This document shows positions 24,991 through 36,800 of a DNA stretch of 64,000 nucleotides, piece by piece. Every line of letters starts with the position of its first letter. The stretch's first letter is position 1. Origin of the DNA: Phallusia mammillata (Eukaryota); assembly GCA_965637545.1 (NCBI GenBank), contig OZ281494.1, positions 17,236,001 through 17,300,000 of the forward strand, given 5' to 3'. Made by a program: the position numbers and the translations under genes. The notes under the pieces are model-generated. The model was not told where the DNA came from. It saw nothing but the letters and a program-made list of their open reading frames with translations, and searched no databases.

Positions 24991-27494
24991 TGCGTTGCGG
25001 CGAATATCAGACCTGCGAGAACACAAACGTAATTTTTTGTTCATTAATCCAAACCTTCATGGTGTTTCTCGAGCAGGTGGTATTGATTGGTGCACATAAC
25101 AACCGTCGAACATAATCATAACGAAAAATCAGATTGATGGTCTTCATCCAGTTTCCTTTTACACTACCTTAATTTCGACCAGCCTAAAAGGGCTAAATTA
25201 ATATATAGCCAGACATTCTCCTTTACAGTTTTCGATTTGGATATAAATAAACCTACATGTCTGACGGTTTGACTGGATAAACAACAAAATAAAAAGCGTT
25301 TGTGACAAGCTAAAGCTACACCATTTTCCTTAATTCATTTTACGCACAATCATGTGAAATTGAATTCTTCACATTAAAACATAATCAAAAATAACTTCTA
25401 CAACATGTGAAAATTGTAATTACGCCTTGTCAGATAGTGGATTTACAACACAAAAGGGCTTATCCGCCAAATCAGCCGGAGCTTATGCGGTCTTCCAATT
25501 CTGCCGACTTGGAATCTATACTGCCTATTGAAATATCACGCAAAGTTTGTTTTGCTTTCGCCGTTGTTCAAGTCTGAAACTGAAGTAGCCTTTCCCTGGA
25601 AATTGTCCCAAGAATCCTTTGCGTGGGCGTTATACATTTGGTGATTTTTTTATTGATGAATTTGGTACAAAACCGCGCAAGAAAGCATAATAGTAAACAA
25701 ATTGATACATACGGCCATTTTAACCACAGTGTTACATGTTACAAGAATTTGTGCAGCACAGACGCGTGTTACTGGAATCTTCGTAGTTACGTGTTAGCTT
25801 TCAAGCCAAGTTCGTGGAAAGTTAGCAATGCATCAATAATTAAAGTGTTACTTTGCCTAACAAGATTAACAAAGACGTTTTCCGTGGCAACCTGTCGATA
25901 CGGGTTCATTGCAAGATTGAAAATTGTTTCGGGATAAAAAGTTTGTTTGTGTCATGTTAAAATTAATATGACTTCGGGTAGGCAAAACAATACAGACGAG
26001 CTAAATCTGTTTCGGTTTATATTAAAATATTTTGGAAACTCCCACAGCATTAATGTGGAACGCATTGCAGCGTTTAATATTTTGCCAAATGGCATTGTTC
26101 TGTGCAAAAAAAACCCACCACATTGCACACGCATGAAAACCTAGCCCATCCCGAAATAGCGCTCGCTAGGCCACAATACCAAAGGACATAGGATGGAAAC
26201 GTCTGATATTTAACCGCATTGCAACAAAAAGCCAACAGCAAATCTTTTAATCTCTATTGTGTGGCATTCACGGTGCAGAAAACGTGTTCATTAAAATGCT
26301 ACAGCGCAACTGCAAGATGCTTTTTCATAGGGTGACGACGTTTTACACCTCTTTGATGATATATAAGATGCGTGCTTGTTAACTGAAGTTTTTGAAAATT
26401 TTTCCATCACGTACCAGTTTGTCGGTAAGTATTTGTAAGACAGTAAAAGTTATATTGTGTTATTGAAAAAAAAACTATAAAACCAACCAGTATCAAAGTA
26501 CTAAATATTAAGCACAAACAAATGAAATTAACCACGATGCTGATAGTCGAAACTTTTATCTTTATTTGCCCACATTTATCAGCGTAGAAAAAAAAAACCA
26601 AAAAGTTATTATTCCAAGTTTTTTATAGTAATGCGTCAATAGCTGAATCTTTAATGCAAGGTTTTGCAACTAGTTCAAGGGAGATTTTCCATTAAAAAAA
26701 TGACTAAATTATCTTCGTGCTTTAAAACGCATGTTCCTGTACCTTATAGTTATCTGTCTTCTATTTCATTCAGTAGTTGACAATAATCAATCAGAGAAAA
26801 CGAAAAAACATATCTTAGTAATTTGATAAGGTAAAACAAATGCCCGGAAAACTTCGCTTAAAAAAACAAATGTTTCCAATTACAGAGAATTTATTGCTCG
26901 TATTCAAGTTGCGTCCGTGTTTGGACCAAAACATTATAAACAACAATCACACAACACAAATTTCCACTTACATGTTTCTTGATAAATCGGCTTCACTTGT
27001 TGGAAACAATTTTGATGTTCTTCCGGATTAGACCAGTTAATTTTCAGCTTAATTATTATGCACTACAGAAATACAAGCTTTAGTTATATACTTTGCGTAA
27101 CAACAAATAACCCGAAATAACCGAACAACATTTCATTGAAACTAAAGCACAGTTTGTGCTACTATTTATATTCTTGCTTATTCTGTAAATTGACATTCAC
27201 AGTTTGCAGTCAACTTCGTTCCTCGGTTTATGAAGCCTATATTAATATACATAACAAACAACCATCTTACGTTAAACGCTACGCAACAGAAAATCACCGA
27301 TCTACCGCCAATCGAAAACCACCAAGCCTGAACTAATATTGTTTTTCTGTCGCGCCGTTTTATTGGAAGCCTGCGCTATTTCCCTTTTTCGCAACTCATT
27401 TTTTCCACGTGCGCTATTCTATGGTATTGTGATGGGTTGGGTCAAGGACCTGTTGGCTGTTTCGCAACAAGGCTTCAGACGTGTTGCACTAAAT

Positions 27495-27916
27495 CAGTGC
27501 TCTTCAACTTTTTTAAAAAGCGACCCCAATTTAAAAGAAAATGAAATCAGCATTTGCGAATAAAAAATATTTCAAGTAATTACGAATAAAATGATAGAAC
27601 CAAAACGGTTTATTAAATTTGGTCAATTAAATTCCCGTTAAAGCCCACCGGCTTGCAGATATCAGACAATTTTTGTGCTTTTCCCAATACCCACTGTATT
27701 ATTTTGGACACAAAATGTCGTCCATGGGGTTATTTCGCCTTAAAATGGGGTTGGACAACTATAGTGTTTTACATAGACTTCTGTCGTCACTTTTCTGTTG
27801 TTGTAAATTGCACCACAATGGTTAAATTGTGACCCGAGGTAGAAACCTGTACCGCAAAACATGAGCAAAAGTTATGTGATTTATAGCGACCCCAGAAAAA
27901 GTTTAAGCAACCCCTG
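27495..27916. mobile_element. hAT MITE (diverged)
   Basis: Left TIR CAGTGCTCTTCAACTTTT, diverged right end AAAAGTTTAAGCAACCCCTG, subterminal GCGACCCC at both ends. TSD only 4/8 (CACTAAAT / CACTTGGA). Confidence 0.6.
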
Positions 27917-28277
27917 CACTTGGAGGAGACATCTGCACTAAATCATAGAGAAAATAATTAGTTGTAAAAGTTAAAAGAATAACAAATCGATGCAAGTTTA
28001 TTGCCTTTGTCTGAATCTCTTCCTTTACAACTGCAAAATTTAAATTACCCAAAGCAAGTCTGTGTGGCGCTTGGAGGTGATGAATTGATAAAACTCCAGA
28101 CTGCAAAAGATTAGGTATGACTAGATTAGAATCGTGAATTCTTTCGACTATCTCGTTCATTAGGGAAGGTTTTCGAAGAATCTGAAAGAGGCTAAACTAA
28201 AAAAGTAAGGTTATAATGTTTGTTGAGATTGAATAAGCAATTTGTTTACGTTCGGTTTACGGTTTAGCGCCATAAAC

Positions 28278-28706
28278 CAGTGCTCCTTTTTTGGTTTGGT
28301 GAACCCTTAAAGTTTTCGTGACAAACTCATGCACCCTGATTACTTAAGAGGTAAAGTGAGGTAAAAAGCAATATGAAAAATCATTTTGCATATCATCATG
28401 TCTAACACTTTCAGTGCTTTTGATATAAATTAACGTCAATCCGCACTTTGCGCAAAACGTCTCTTGACGTAGATATACGTCAACCACACTGAAAGTGTTA
28501 GACATCAACATTTTTAAACAAAAATTAGAGGTTCATTTATACATCAGTTGAAACCTACATCTTTTTTTCTAATATCCTGAAAGTCAAATATTAATGGTTC
28601 ATTAAAAGTTTGTGATGCACCCTTGTATACCTTTTCGTACTGGTGCACCCCATGCATATTTTGGTGCACACTAGGGTGCACCGTGCACACCGGTTGAAGA
28701 GCACTG
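28278..28706. mobile_element. hAT MITE inserted only in copy A
   Basis: Ends CAGTGCTC.. / ..GAAGAGCACTG, flanked by CATAAAC / CATAGAC. Copy B has the empty site GCGGCATAGACAAC at about 31070-31083. Confidence 0.88.
28398..28505. repeat. 19-bp perfect inverted repeat nested in the MITE
   Basis: ATGTCTAACACTTTCAGTG (28398-28416) and CACTGAAAGTGTTAGACAT (28487-28505). Confidence 0.9.
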
Positions 28707-30088
28707 CATAGACAATAACGAAATATTAGTTCTCCAGAATTTGGCTTGTAATACCCCAAAAATTGGTTTCAAAAGTCTAATTAAAAAGTGTATCGTTTTA
28801 GAGACACCGATAAACTTCGACGGTTTTTATGACACTGCTATTGCTCTCAATTTAAGTCACTTTATCTTTTATCAACTTTCCCAGCAAAATGAGGAATGAC
28901 AAGCCCGATAATACAATACACAGTTAGGGACATTGAACCATCAAAGAAACATTCGTCTTGTAATCATTGGATGCCAGAACTGAAACATTTTCATATCTGT
29001 CGTTTCTCCCAATATAGAAAGGAGAATAATTTTTCTACCAGAACAGTCCAGTTGCCAACAAAGCTCCGAAATTCCAAGCCTAATTATAACATAATGTTGT
29101 GGGACGGATGATATGACCCCTGTCTTAAAATCCTGAATATTTTAGTCCAATACTTTTCTCTTTAGATGCAGTTTCTTGTTCTGACCGTCGCACACAAATG
29201 ACCAATGATGTCAATACATGTCTCTTCTGGTGTCTGCAGGTGCTGGATTTAAAAACGGTAGATTTGAAAAACCTGCGGCCGCAAAAAAAAACAAATTTAC
29301 ACGGCCTTACACATACACAATAAAATATGCATTGGGCCGCCAGGCACTGATCAAACCTATATCGTGTGATATTAATTCGGTCTGATTTTTGTTTGCTAAA
29401 GGGGTAATGATCAAAGTATAAGTTATATATACGTGACACACGGAACAAACTCTTTGCAATCTCATTGTGCAAAATAAATCTACAGCAACAAGCGTAACAA
29501 CGTATATGGTAAATATGCAAAAACTAGAAGATCGAAAAATCGTTCCCTTACAGAAAAAGTAATATATTAAACTAATTCTAAACCCACAAGCACCACTAAA
29601 TTAGATATTAATAGACAAATCATGTTTTTTCACAACGGTGAGATAGAAACAAAAATCGTAGAGGCTCTAGCGGCTGTGGTCAAATACAGACCTGTGATGT
29701 GCCCGTCAATTACGTAAAAAGTGTGCACCCACAGCATAGAGGTAGACAATGAATACGTCATCATTTACGTTGTTCGTGACGCACCAAAAACATTCATACA
29801 GGTATTTTGAATGAAGACCACAGCCAATTTGTAATGAAACGTGCAATGCAAAAGCTCTTTTAATCACTAACGAAGGTTATCAGCCACAGTTTTGCCCCAC
29901 ACTGTGCCCTACACTGTGGTTTTCGTTAACACGGAAAAAACAAAACACGCGTATTTAAATTGACTAAACGATTGACATAAACAGAAAATAAAGTCTTTAC
30001 ATTTTCTATGATATTCTAGATTTTTACATGTTTTTAATTTTTCATCTCTATGCTGACCTTGTAAAAGCATGTGAGCCAATAAATGATA

Positions 30089-30140
30089 AGCTGCAGACAG
30101 TGCACACTGTTTCGACCTATAAGGTCTCATCAGTGCAGCT
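30089..30140 (-). ncRNA. Complete type I hammerhead ribozyme motif (mirror copy)
   Basis: Exact reverse complement of 30137-30188. The two motifs share AGCT at 30137-30140. Confidence 0.9.
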
Positions 30141-30188
30141 GCACTGATGAGACCTTATAGGTCGAAACAGTGTGCACTGTCTGCAGCT
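30137..30188 (+). ncRNA. Complete type I hammerhead ribozyme motif
   Basis: AGCUGCA CUGAUGA GACC-UUAUA-GGUC GAAA CAGUG-UG-CACUG UC UGCAGCU. All core nucleotides and three stems are present; predicted GUC cleavage after 30181. Confidence 0.9.
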
Positions 30189-30645
30189 TATGCTGACCTT
30201 GTTAGTGATGTGACGTACATAAAATGCCATTGAAATAAAAAAAATTTAGAAATAAAGAGTCGATGGTTTAAATGCCAGGAAAGAATATTCAAATGATGCG
30301 AAAAACTTATGGTAAACGGACAAAAGTGTTTTTTTTAGGTTTGCTGACGGCTGCGCCACGAACTTGTGGGGCCATAAACATTGTCCCAAACTGTTAGTCA
30401 TAAACTTGTAGTTTTTGCGTATAGTACCTAAAATCAAAACCTCAAAACAACTAAAATCAAAACAAGTGTGGATAACTATAGGTGGCTTTCTTGTCCTATA
30501 CTTTGACGGATATTAAAGCAGGACTTCTTGACTGCACAAGACAAGTGGATAGTTTATTAAACCTTATCAAACAGCTAAACATTCCTCACAGTAGGCTATG
30601 TGTATAGTTTGGTCGACAAGTTACATGTTTTTTTTTATTAAAACT

Positions 30646-32846
30646 TTAGGCGACCCTAGCACTTGGGGAAGACATCTGCACTAAATCATAGAGAAAATGA
30701 TAAACTAACTTGTAAAGTTACACGGGTTGGGGACTACTGGACTAAATCATTGAGAAATTAATAGTTAGTTAAAAGAATAACAAATCGATGCAAGTTTTTT
30801 AGCACTTGAATGATTTTTTTCCTAAATTTACAACTGCAAAAATTAAATTGCCCAAAGCAAGTCTTTGTGGCGCTTGGAGGTGTTGAATTGATAAAACTCC
30901 AGAGTGTAATACATTGGGCATGACTAGATGAGAATCGTAAATTCTTTCGACTATCGCGTTCATCAGGGGCGGTTTTCAAAGTGTCTGAAAAAGGCTAAAT
31001 TAAAAAAAATAAGGTGAAAATATTGTTAGGATTCAATAAGTAATTTGTTTACGTTCGGTTTACGGTTTAGCGGCATAGACAACAACCAAATATTAATTCT
31101 CTAAAAGTTGGCCTGTAATACCCAAAAAATTGGTTTCAAAGTCCAATTAAAAAGTGTACGGTTTTAGAGACACCGATAAACTTCGACGGAATTAAGGAGA
31201 ATAATTTTTCTACCAGAACGATCGAGTTTCCAATAAAGTCCCGAAATTTCAAACCTAATTATAACATAATGTTGTGGGACGGATGATCAGCCTTACTGAC
31301 CCCTGCCTTCAAAAATGAAGATTTTATTGGAAATGCACCTTTCTCTTTAGATGCAGTTTCTTGTTCTGACCTTTGTACACAACTGCCCAATGATGTCAAT
31401 ACACATCTCTTCTGGTGTCTGCAGGCGTCGAATTTAAAAACGGTAGATTTGAAAAACCTGCGGCCGCAAAAAACAAATTTACACGGCCGTACACATACAC
31501 AACAAAATATGCATTTGGGCCGCCAGGCACTGATCAAACCTATATCGTGTGATATTAATTCGGTCTGGTTTTTGTTTGCTAAAGGGGTAATGATCAAAGT
31601 ATAAGTTATATTACAGGCATATACGTGACACACGGAACAAACTCTTTGCAATCTCATTGTGCAAAATAAAACTAGAAGATCGAAAAATCGTTCCCTTACA
31701 GAAAAAGTAATATATTAAACTAATTCTAAACCCACAAGCACCACTAAATTAGATATTAATAGACAAATCATGTTTTTTCACAACGGTGAGATAGAAACAA
31801 AAATCGTAGAGGCTCTAGCGGCTGTGGTCAAATACAGACCTGTGATGTGCCCGTCAATTACGTAAAAAGTGTGCACCCACAGCATAGAGGTAGACAATGA
31901 ATACGTCATCATTTACGTTGTTCGTGACGCACCAAAAACATTCATACAAGTATTTTGAATGAAGACCACAGCCAATTTGTAATGAAACGTTCAATGCAAA
32001 AGCTCTTTTAATCAATAACGAAGGTTATTAGCCACAGTTTTGCCCCACACTGTGCCCTACACTGTGGTTTTCGTTAACACGGAAAAAACAAAACACGCGT
32101 ATTTAAATTGACTAAACGATTGACATAAACAGAAAAAAAGTCTTTACATTTTCTATGATATTCTAGATTTTTACATGTTTTTAATTTTTCATCTCTATTC
32201 TGACCTTGTTAGTGATGTGACGTACATAAAATGCCATTGAAATAATTTTTTTTTAGAAATAAAGAGTCGATGGTTTGAATGCCAGGAAAGAATATTCAAA
32301 TGATGCGAAAAACTTATGGTAAACGGACAAAAGTGGTTTTTTAGGTTTGCTGACGGCTGCGCCACGAACTTGTGAGGCCATAAACATTTTCCCAAACTCG
32401 CTTTATAATAACTTGTGTTTGCATTGTATGTCATTACCCTGATGAAGGTGTTTCGTATGGGACATCGAAACGTTGGCATATTACAATAAAAAACTGCCGG
32501 AAGAGCTAAAAATTCTGTTAATTTTCCCAAACTGTTTGTCATAAACTTGTATTTTTTGCGTAGTAGCGTACCTAAAATCAAAACCTATGGTATACGTGAA
32601 AGTGAAAATAACAACTTGGACGTTTTGTGTTACACAAGAATTTATGGAATTTAACGAGACTTTCTCAAGTGTGGATAACTATAGGTGGCTTTTTCGTCCT
32701 ATACTTTGACGGATATTGAAGCAGGACTTCTTGACTGCACAAGACAAGTGGATAGTTTATTAAACCTTATCAAACAGCTATATTCCTCACAGTAGGCTAT
32801 GTGTACAGTTTGGTCGACAAGTTACATCTGTGTTTATTTATTAAAA
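30646..32846 (+). repeat. Tandem segmental duplication, copy B
   Basis: Starts TTTAGGCGACCCTAGCAC (copy A: TTTAAGCAACCCCTGCAC) and ends TTATTAAAAC, as copy A does. Confidence 0.93.
32399..32533 (+). mobile_element. 135-bp insertion carrying a Penelope-type hammerhead-like motif and AATAAA
   Basis: 13-bp direct repeat ATTTTCCCAAACT (32386-32398, 32521-32533); the site is empty in copy A at about 30380-30392. CTGATGA (32439), an 8-bp stem II with G-U pairs, GAAACGTT, then AATAAA (32485). Confidence 0.75.
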
Positions 32847-33886
32847 CGCTGACATTATAGACGTGTTATACCAAGTGAAGCGGTTCATGCGTATCACCAA
32901 CTACATGTCAACTAGGATCATCATAATCCCTCAAAAGATTGTTGTACGGACAAAATAATTTGTCAAGTAACAGGCCTGGCCGGGAATAGTTCGAAAAAAG
33001 TTCCAGGATTGGTGAGAAGAGTTTGATGATCTCTAGCAAACAATTGTGGGGTAGCGGTTACTAAACCATGCCCCTATAGCTCAATTTATCTTTCACAATT
33101 CGTCCCAAAAAAGTAAGGTGAAACAAGCGAAAGTAAATAATCCGAAACGCCGTTTCAGAAACAAAATTATTGCCGGAACGGCGTTCTGCTTAAAATCTCA
33201 ACGCAAAGCGTAACCAGTAATAGTATCGGCTATGTCAAAAATCCCTGTTCATTCTTCGTAATCTCTTGATTTGTCTCCTTGGTGTATTTTAAATTTCGTA
33301 GCATTTGCTTTTTGTTTCTGTAGCTTCGTCACAATTAGGCTTGAAATTTTGGTAGAAACCTTTTTTCTCTATTCCAGGTGAAACGACAGATCTGGAAATG
33401 TTTATTTTTACATTAGTCAAAGAGACTATCTGCATCTGCCTAACAATTCCAAATGTCCTAACATCTTCAGTTTGAGCAATCGATAATTAGACGAATGTTT
33501 GGGCCAATGTCCACAACTAGGTTTTGTGTTTAACAGGCCTGGCTTGCTATTCCTCATAGTGTTACTTGCGTTATTGATAACACCATACTACAGTGCACTA
33601 AGTCGCCTTTGGTAAACTGTTCACACAGAAAAAACATTGTGTTGCAACTGTATTTCAACTTAAGTAGGTGTGTGGAAATTCGTGGTTCAAGCACAACATG
33701 AAATTTCAACGTGGCGAAGATAACGCACAGCAGTGATAATTTAACAACTTATAAATTGCAAGATATCACAAAGCATTAAATATTCGCTAAGCTCGTTGAA
33801 TCCTCAAGGTGCGTTTTACAAATCTCATTTAGTCAACACATGCGAAAGGAATAAAATAAATGAAATTGGATTGTTTTCGCTTTAAG

Positions 33887-36800
33887 TTAAGACACCGATC
33901 GTCGAGATCTTTTGTGATCCACCTCGTCGTCATAAGATGACCCGAACGACTCGTAATCTTCACGGCGTCTCCTGTGCCTTCGCTTGTGGCGCTTATCGTG
34001 TTTGTGGCGTCCTTCGCGGCGCGACTCGCGTTTTGTTCGTTCCCGCTCCTGTTCGCTCTCATATTCACTTTCCGATTCGCTACGTTCACGCCGATGCCGT
34101 TTTCGTTCCCGCCGTTGACTGTGGTCGCGACTTGAATCGTGGTGACGTTTACCTGTGCTGCTGCGTTTTGATTCCTTGCGCTCCAACTTTCGACTGCTGC
34201 GCGATTTTTTAGGTTCATATTCTTCATTATCTGAGTAAAACTCATTCTTAATGACAAACTTTCGTTGCGGTTCAGGCGTCAGGTCGTCACTTTCTTTTGT
34301 CGGGCGACGGTCGCTCGCAGTATCGGCCGGTTCATCTGTTGTCCCGTGCCGACTCTTGTGCTTTTTCTTCTTTTTCTTTTTCTTTTTCGCCGCTTTCTGT
34401 TTCACCTGCTCGGATTCAGATGCCAAATCACTAAGGCCTGAAGGATGGGAAAGGTCTAATACGTCGTCGTTGACAAAGTCTTCGCTTTCACGTCGCGAAG
34501 AGCGCATCGCTGTTACCTTGATGGATTTGCCCTTCAAGGCAATCACAGATTTGTCTTTTGAGGACGGGTCTTCATGTACACTTGACTCTTTAATGCCATC
34601 ACCAGGGGGGCCCTCCAAGGAAACTCTTCTAGGTCGAGTGTCTTCCTCGCGTTTTGAATTTCTTCGCAATGTGATGACCATTCGTGCATCCACAACTTTA
34701 TCCGACTTTGAAGCGGCATCGTGGTTTTCCGTGGTTGGAACGTCATTTTGTGGTGGTTTCTTTGCCTCGGTGTCCGATTTTTCCTTCACCTTTCTTGCAG
34801 GAGACTTATCGTCAGAAGCAGTTTTTGTCTCGTCTGCGACATTTTCAACCGGAGGTTTTCTCTTAATCTTGATCCTTCTCCCTTTCGTTGCAGGTTTCAT
34901 CTGCTGTTTTTCCTCAGAGTTTTGTGTCTGGGGTTTTGTTTCGTCATCAGATTCTTCCCATCTGAAATAAACAACAAATTTAATCCGTGGCCTAAAAGTA
35001 CATATTGCTTTCTACTGTAATATTCGGACAAAGAGCTTAAAACCTAATAAACATTCAAATTACTCAGAAAAGTGAAAAGCTATTTTAGGTGTTGTTGTAT
35101 GGACTTATAGCGCAGTCAGCACAAATATTTATTGAAGACTGTATTTTTTGAAAGAAAGATTTTTCATGGTACAATAGCATTACAAATACACGTGACAAGG
35201 AGTGCCACAATTTAAAAACACTATTTTTGTTTGTCGTACGTGGATATTCACCAACACTCTAGCGAATCTATTAGATTAGACGTACACTATAACAGAGAAA
35301 AATCAATAGAGTAAATATCCCAGACAAAAATAAAGCAAGGGTCGTGTTACACAGCTTAATATATAAATCAACGATAGCTGGGAGTTGTTTTGATTTTTTG
35401 ACACAAACAACTCTATGCAATTCTGTGGAAATTTGCAGGCCGCAGTGTAGTGATTATACTTATTCCTAAAAATTAAGTATGCAAAACGAATCAACTGACG
35501 TCAATAAGTCAAGTGGGTAAACATGTTGTTTACAACAAAACCGGGAAAAACTAGATATGACAGTTGCATTACATCACGTAGTTGTCAATTCTATACGATC
35601 CACGTCAGCATTGAGGAAAAACCAAACCACAACAGACGACGCGGCCTGTCATTGTAAGGGTAAGAGGGTGTTGGACCGTGCGCAAAAGTAAGTCCCGACG
35701 TTAGTGTTGTTGTTTTATTGTCAAGGTTTGAGCATTTTTTTCCCTTGGAACTGTCATGACATACTTAAGACGAACAAAAATTGTAAATCTACTTAACCTC
35801 AAACATTGAAAAGTAGTAAAATGTCATCTGAAACAATTTTAGTCTTAAATCCGTTTCCTATTTTAGGGAGATATTTGTTAAATGAAGGAAACCAACCAAA
35901 ACCCGACATGTTATGTGAACCTTATCGAGATCAGTGTACTTTCTAAGCAACGAACGACCATTGAGTGCACGTCAGATAACACTGCATGCAACAACAAACA
36001 AAAGCAAAACGCATACGACAACCCGCCCGCGCATCAGATTACAGGTACGTGGCATAGGTTGGCGCTCGCTGCTCGTTACAAACAGCTTTTCCATTGGCGG
36101 GCTTGGGCGCAAACGCACAGGGGGGAAATGAAACGATCTTTGGCGGTCGCGTGTTCTATGAATTCCCGCCAACAATGACCTTTCTTTCTGCAAACACGCC
36201 CGCACAGCGGTTTTGCTTCGCTTGCGCAACAAGACTGAGAATGGGTTGGACGTACAAACCATGCAGATCAATTTACCATGTACAACGTGCATTTGGTTGC
36301 TTGCGCAGATTCTTAATATAAAAGCATTTAAAGGTCAAAATACGATAAAACATTCTCTTGAAAAAATGCCGACTTAGTCTGACCTTAACATCACGGTTAC
36401 GTGCGATTTTTAAAACACAAAAGAAAAAAATTAAGTTGAACTAGAATAGTGGTTTTCTTATATATTGCCAGTTTATATATACTACATCATATTTAACGAT
36501 GTATCACATATACCATTTACTATATTTATGATGAATATATATTTGGCACCTACATTTCATTGGGGCCCTATCTTTTTCCTGGCACTTTATAACATAATTG
36601 TTTCTGCAAGCATAATCAAATGGGTCCCCACACATATGCATATGCGATTTGGTAACAGTAAAAATAGGGCACAATCATTGTCAGACATTTACCAATTTAC
36701 TATACACATCATTTGATCTACATATATAATTGTTTTTGCAAGCAAAAACGAATGGGTCCCCACACGCGCGTTTGTGCGGATTTACGGTAAACAAACATCC

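Larger units (their letters stand above)
30086..30191. repeat. Perfect 106-bp spacerless palindrome within a 140-bp insertion
   Basis: 53-bp arms centred at 30138/30139. A 14-bp direct repeat TATGCTGACCTTGT lies at 30049-30062 and 30189-30202. Copy B has a single copy of this site. Confidence 0.97.
27902..30645 (+). repeat. Tandem segmental duplication, copy A
   Basis: Colinear with 30646-32846 over its whole length apart from copy-specific indels. Confidence 0.93.

Noticed and set aside
27905-27938. Apparent terminal exon VQMSPPSAGVA-stop conserved in both duplicates
   Set aside because: Its last codons overlap the MITE right end, so the conservation may reflect the duplication boundary rather than coding.
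30928-30970. Minus-strand CUGAUGA..GAAA-GAAU/AUUC-UC hammerhead look-alike
   Set aside because: No stem I, no proper stem II closing pair, and the paralog reads CUAAUGA.
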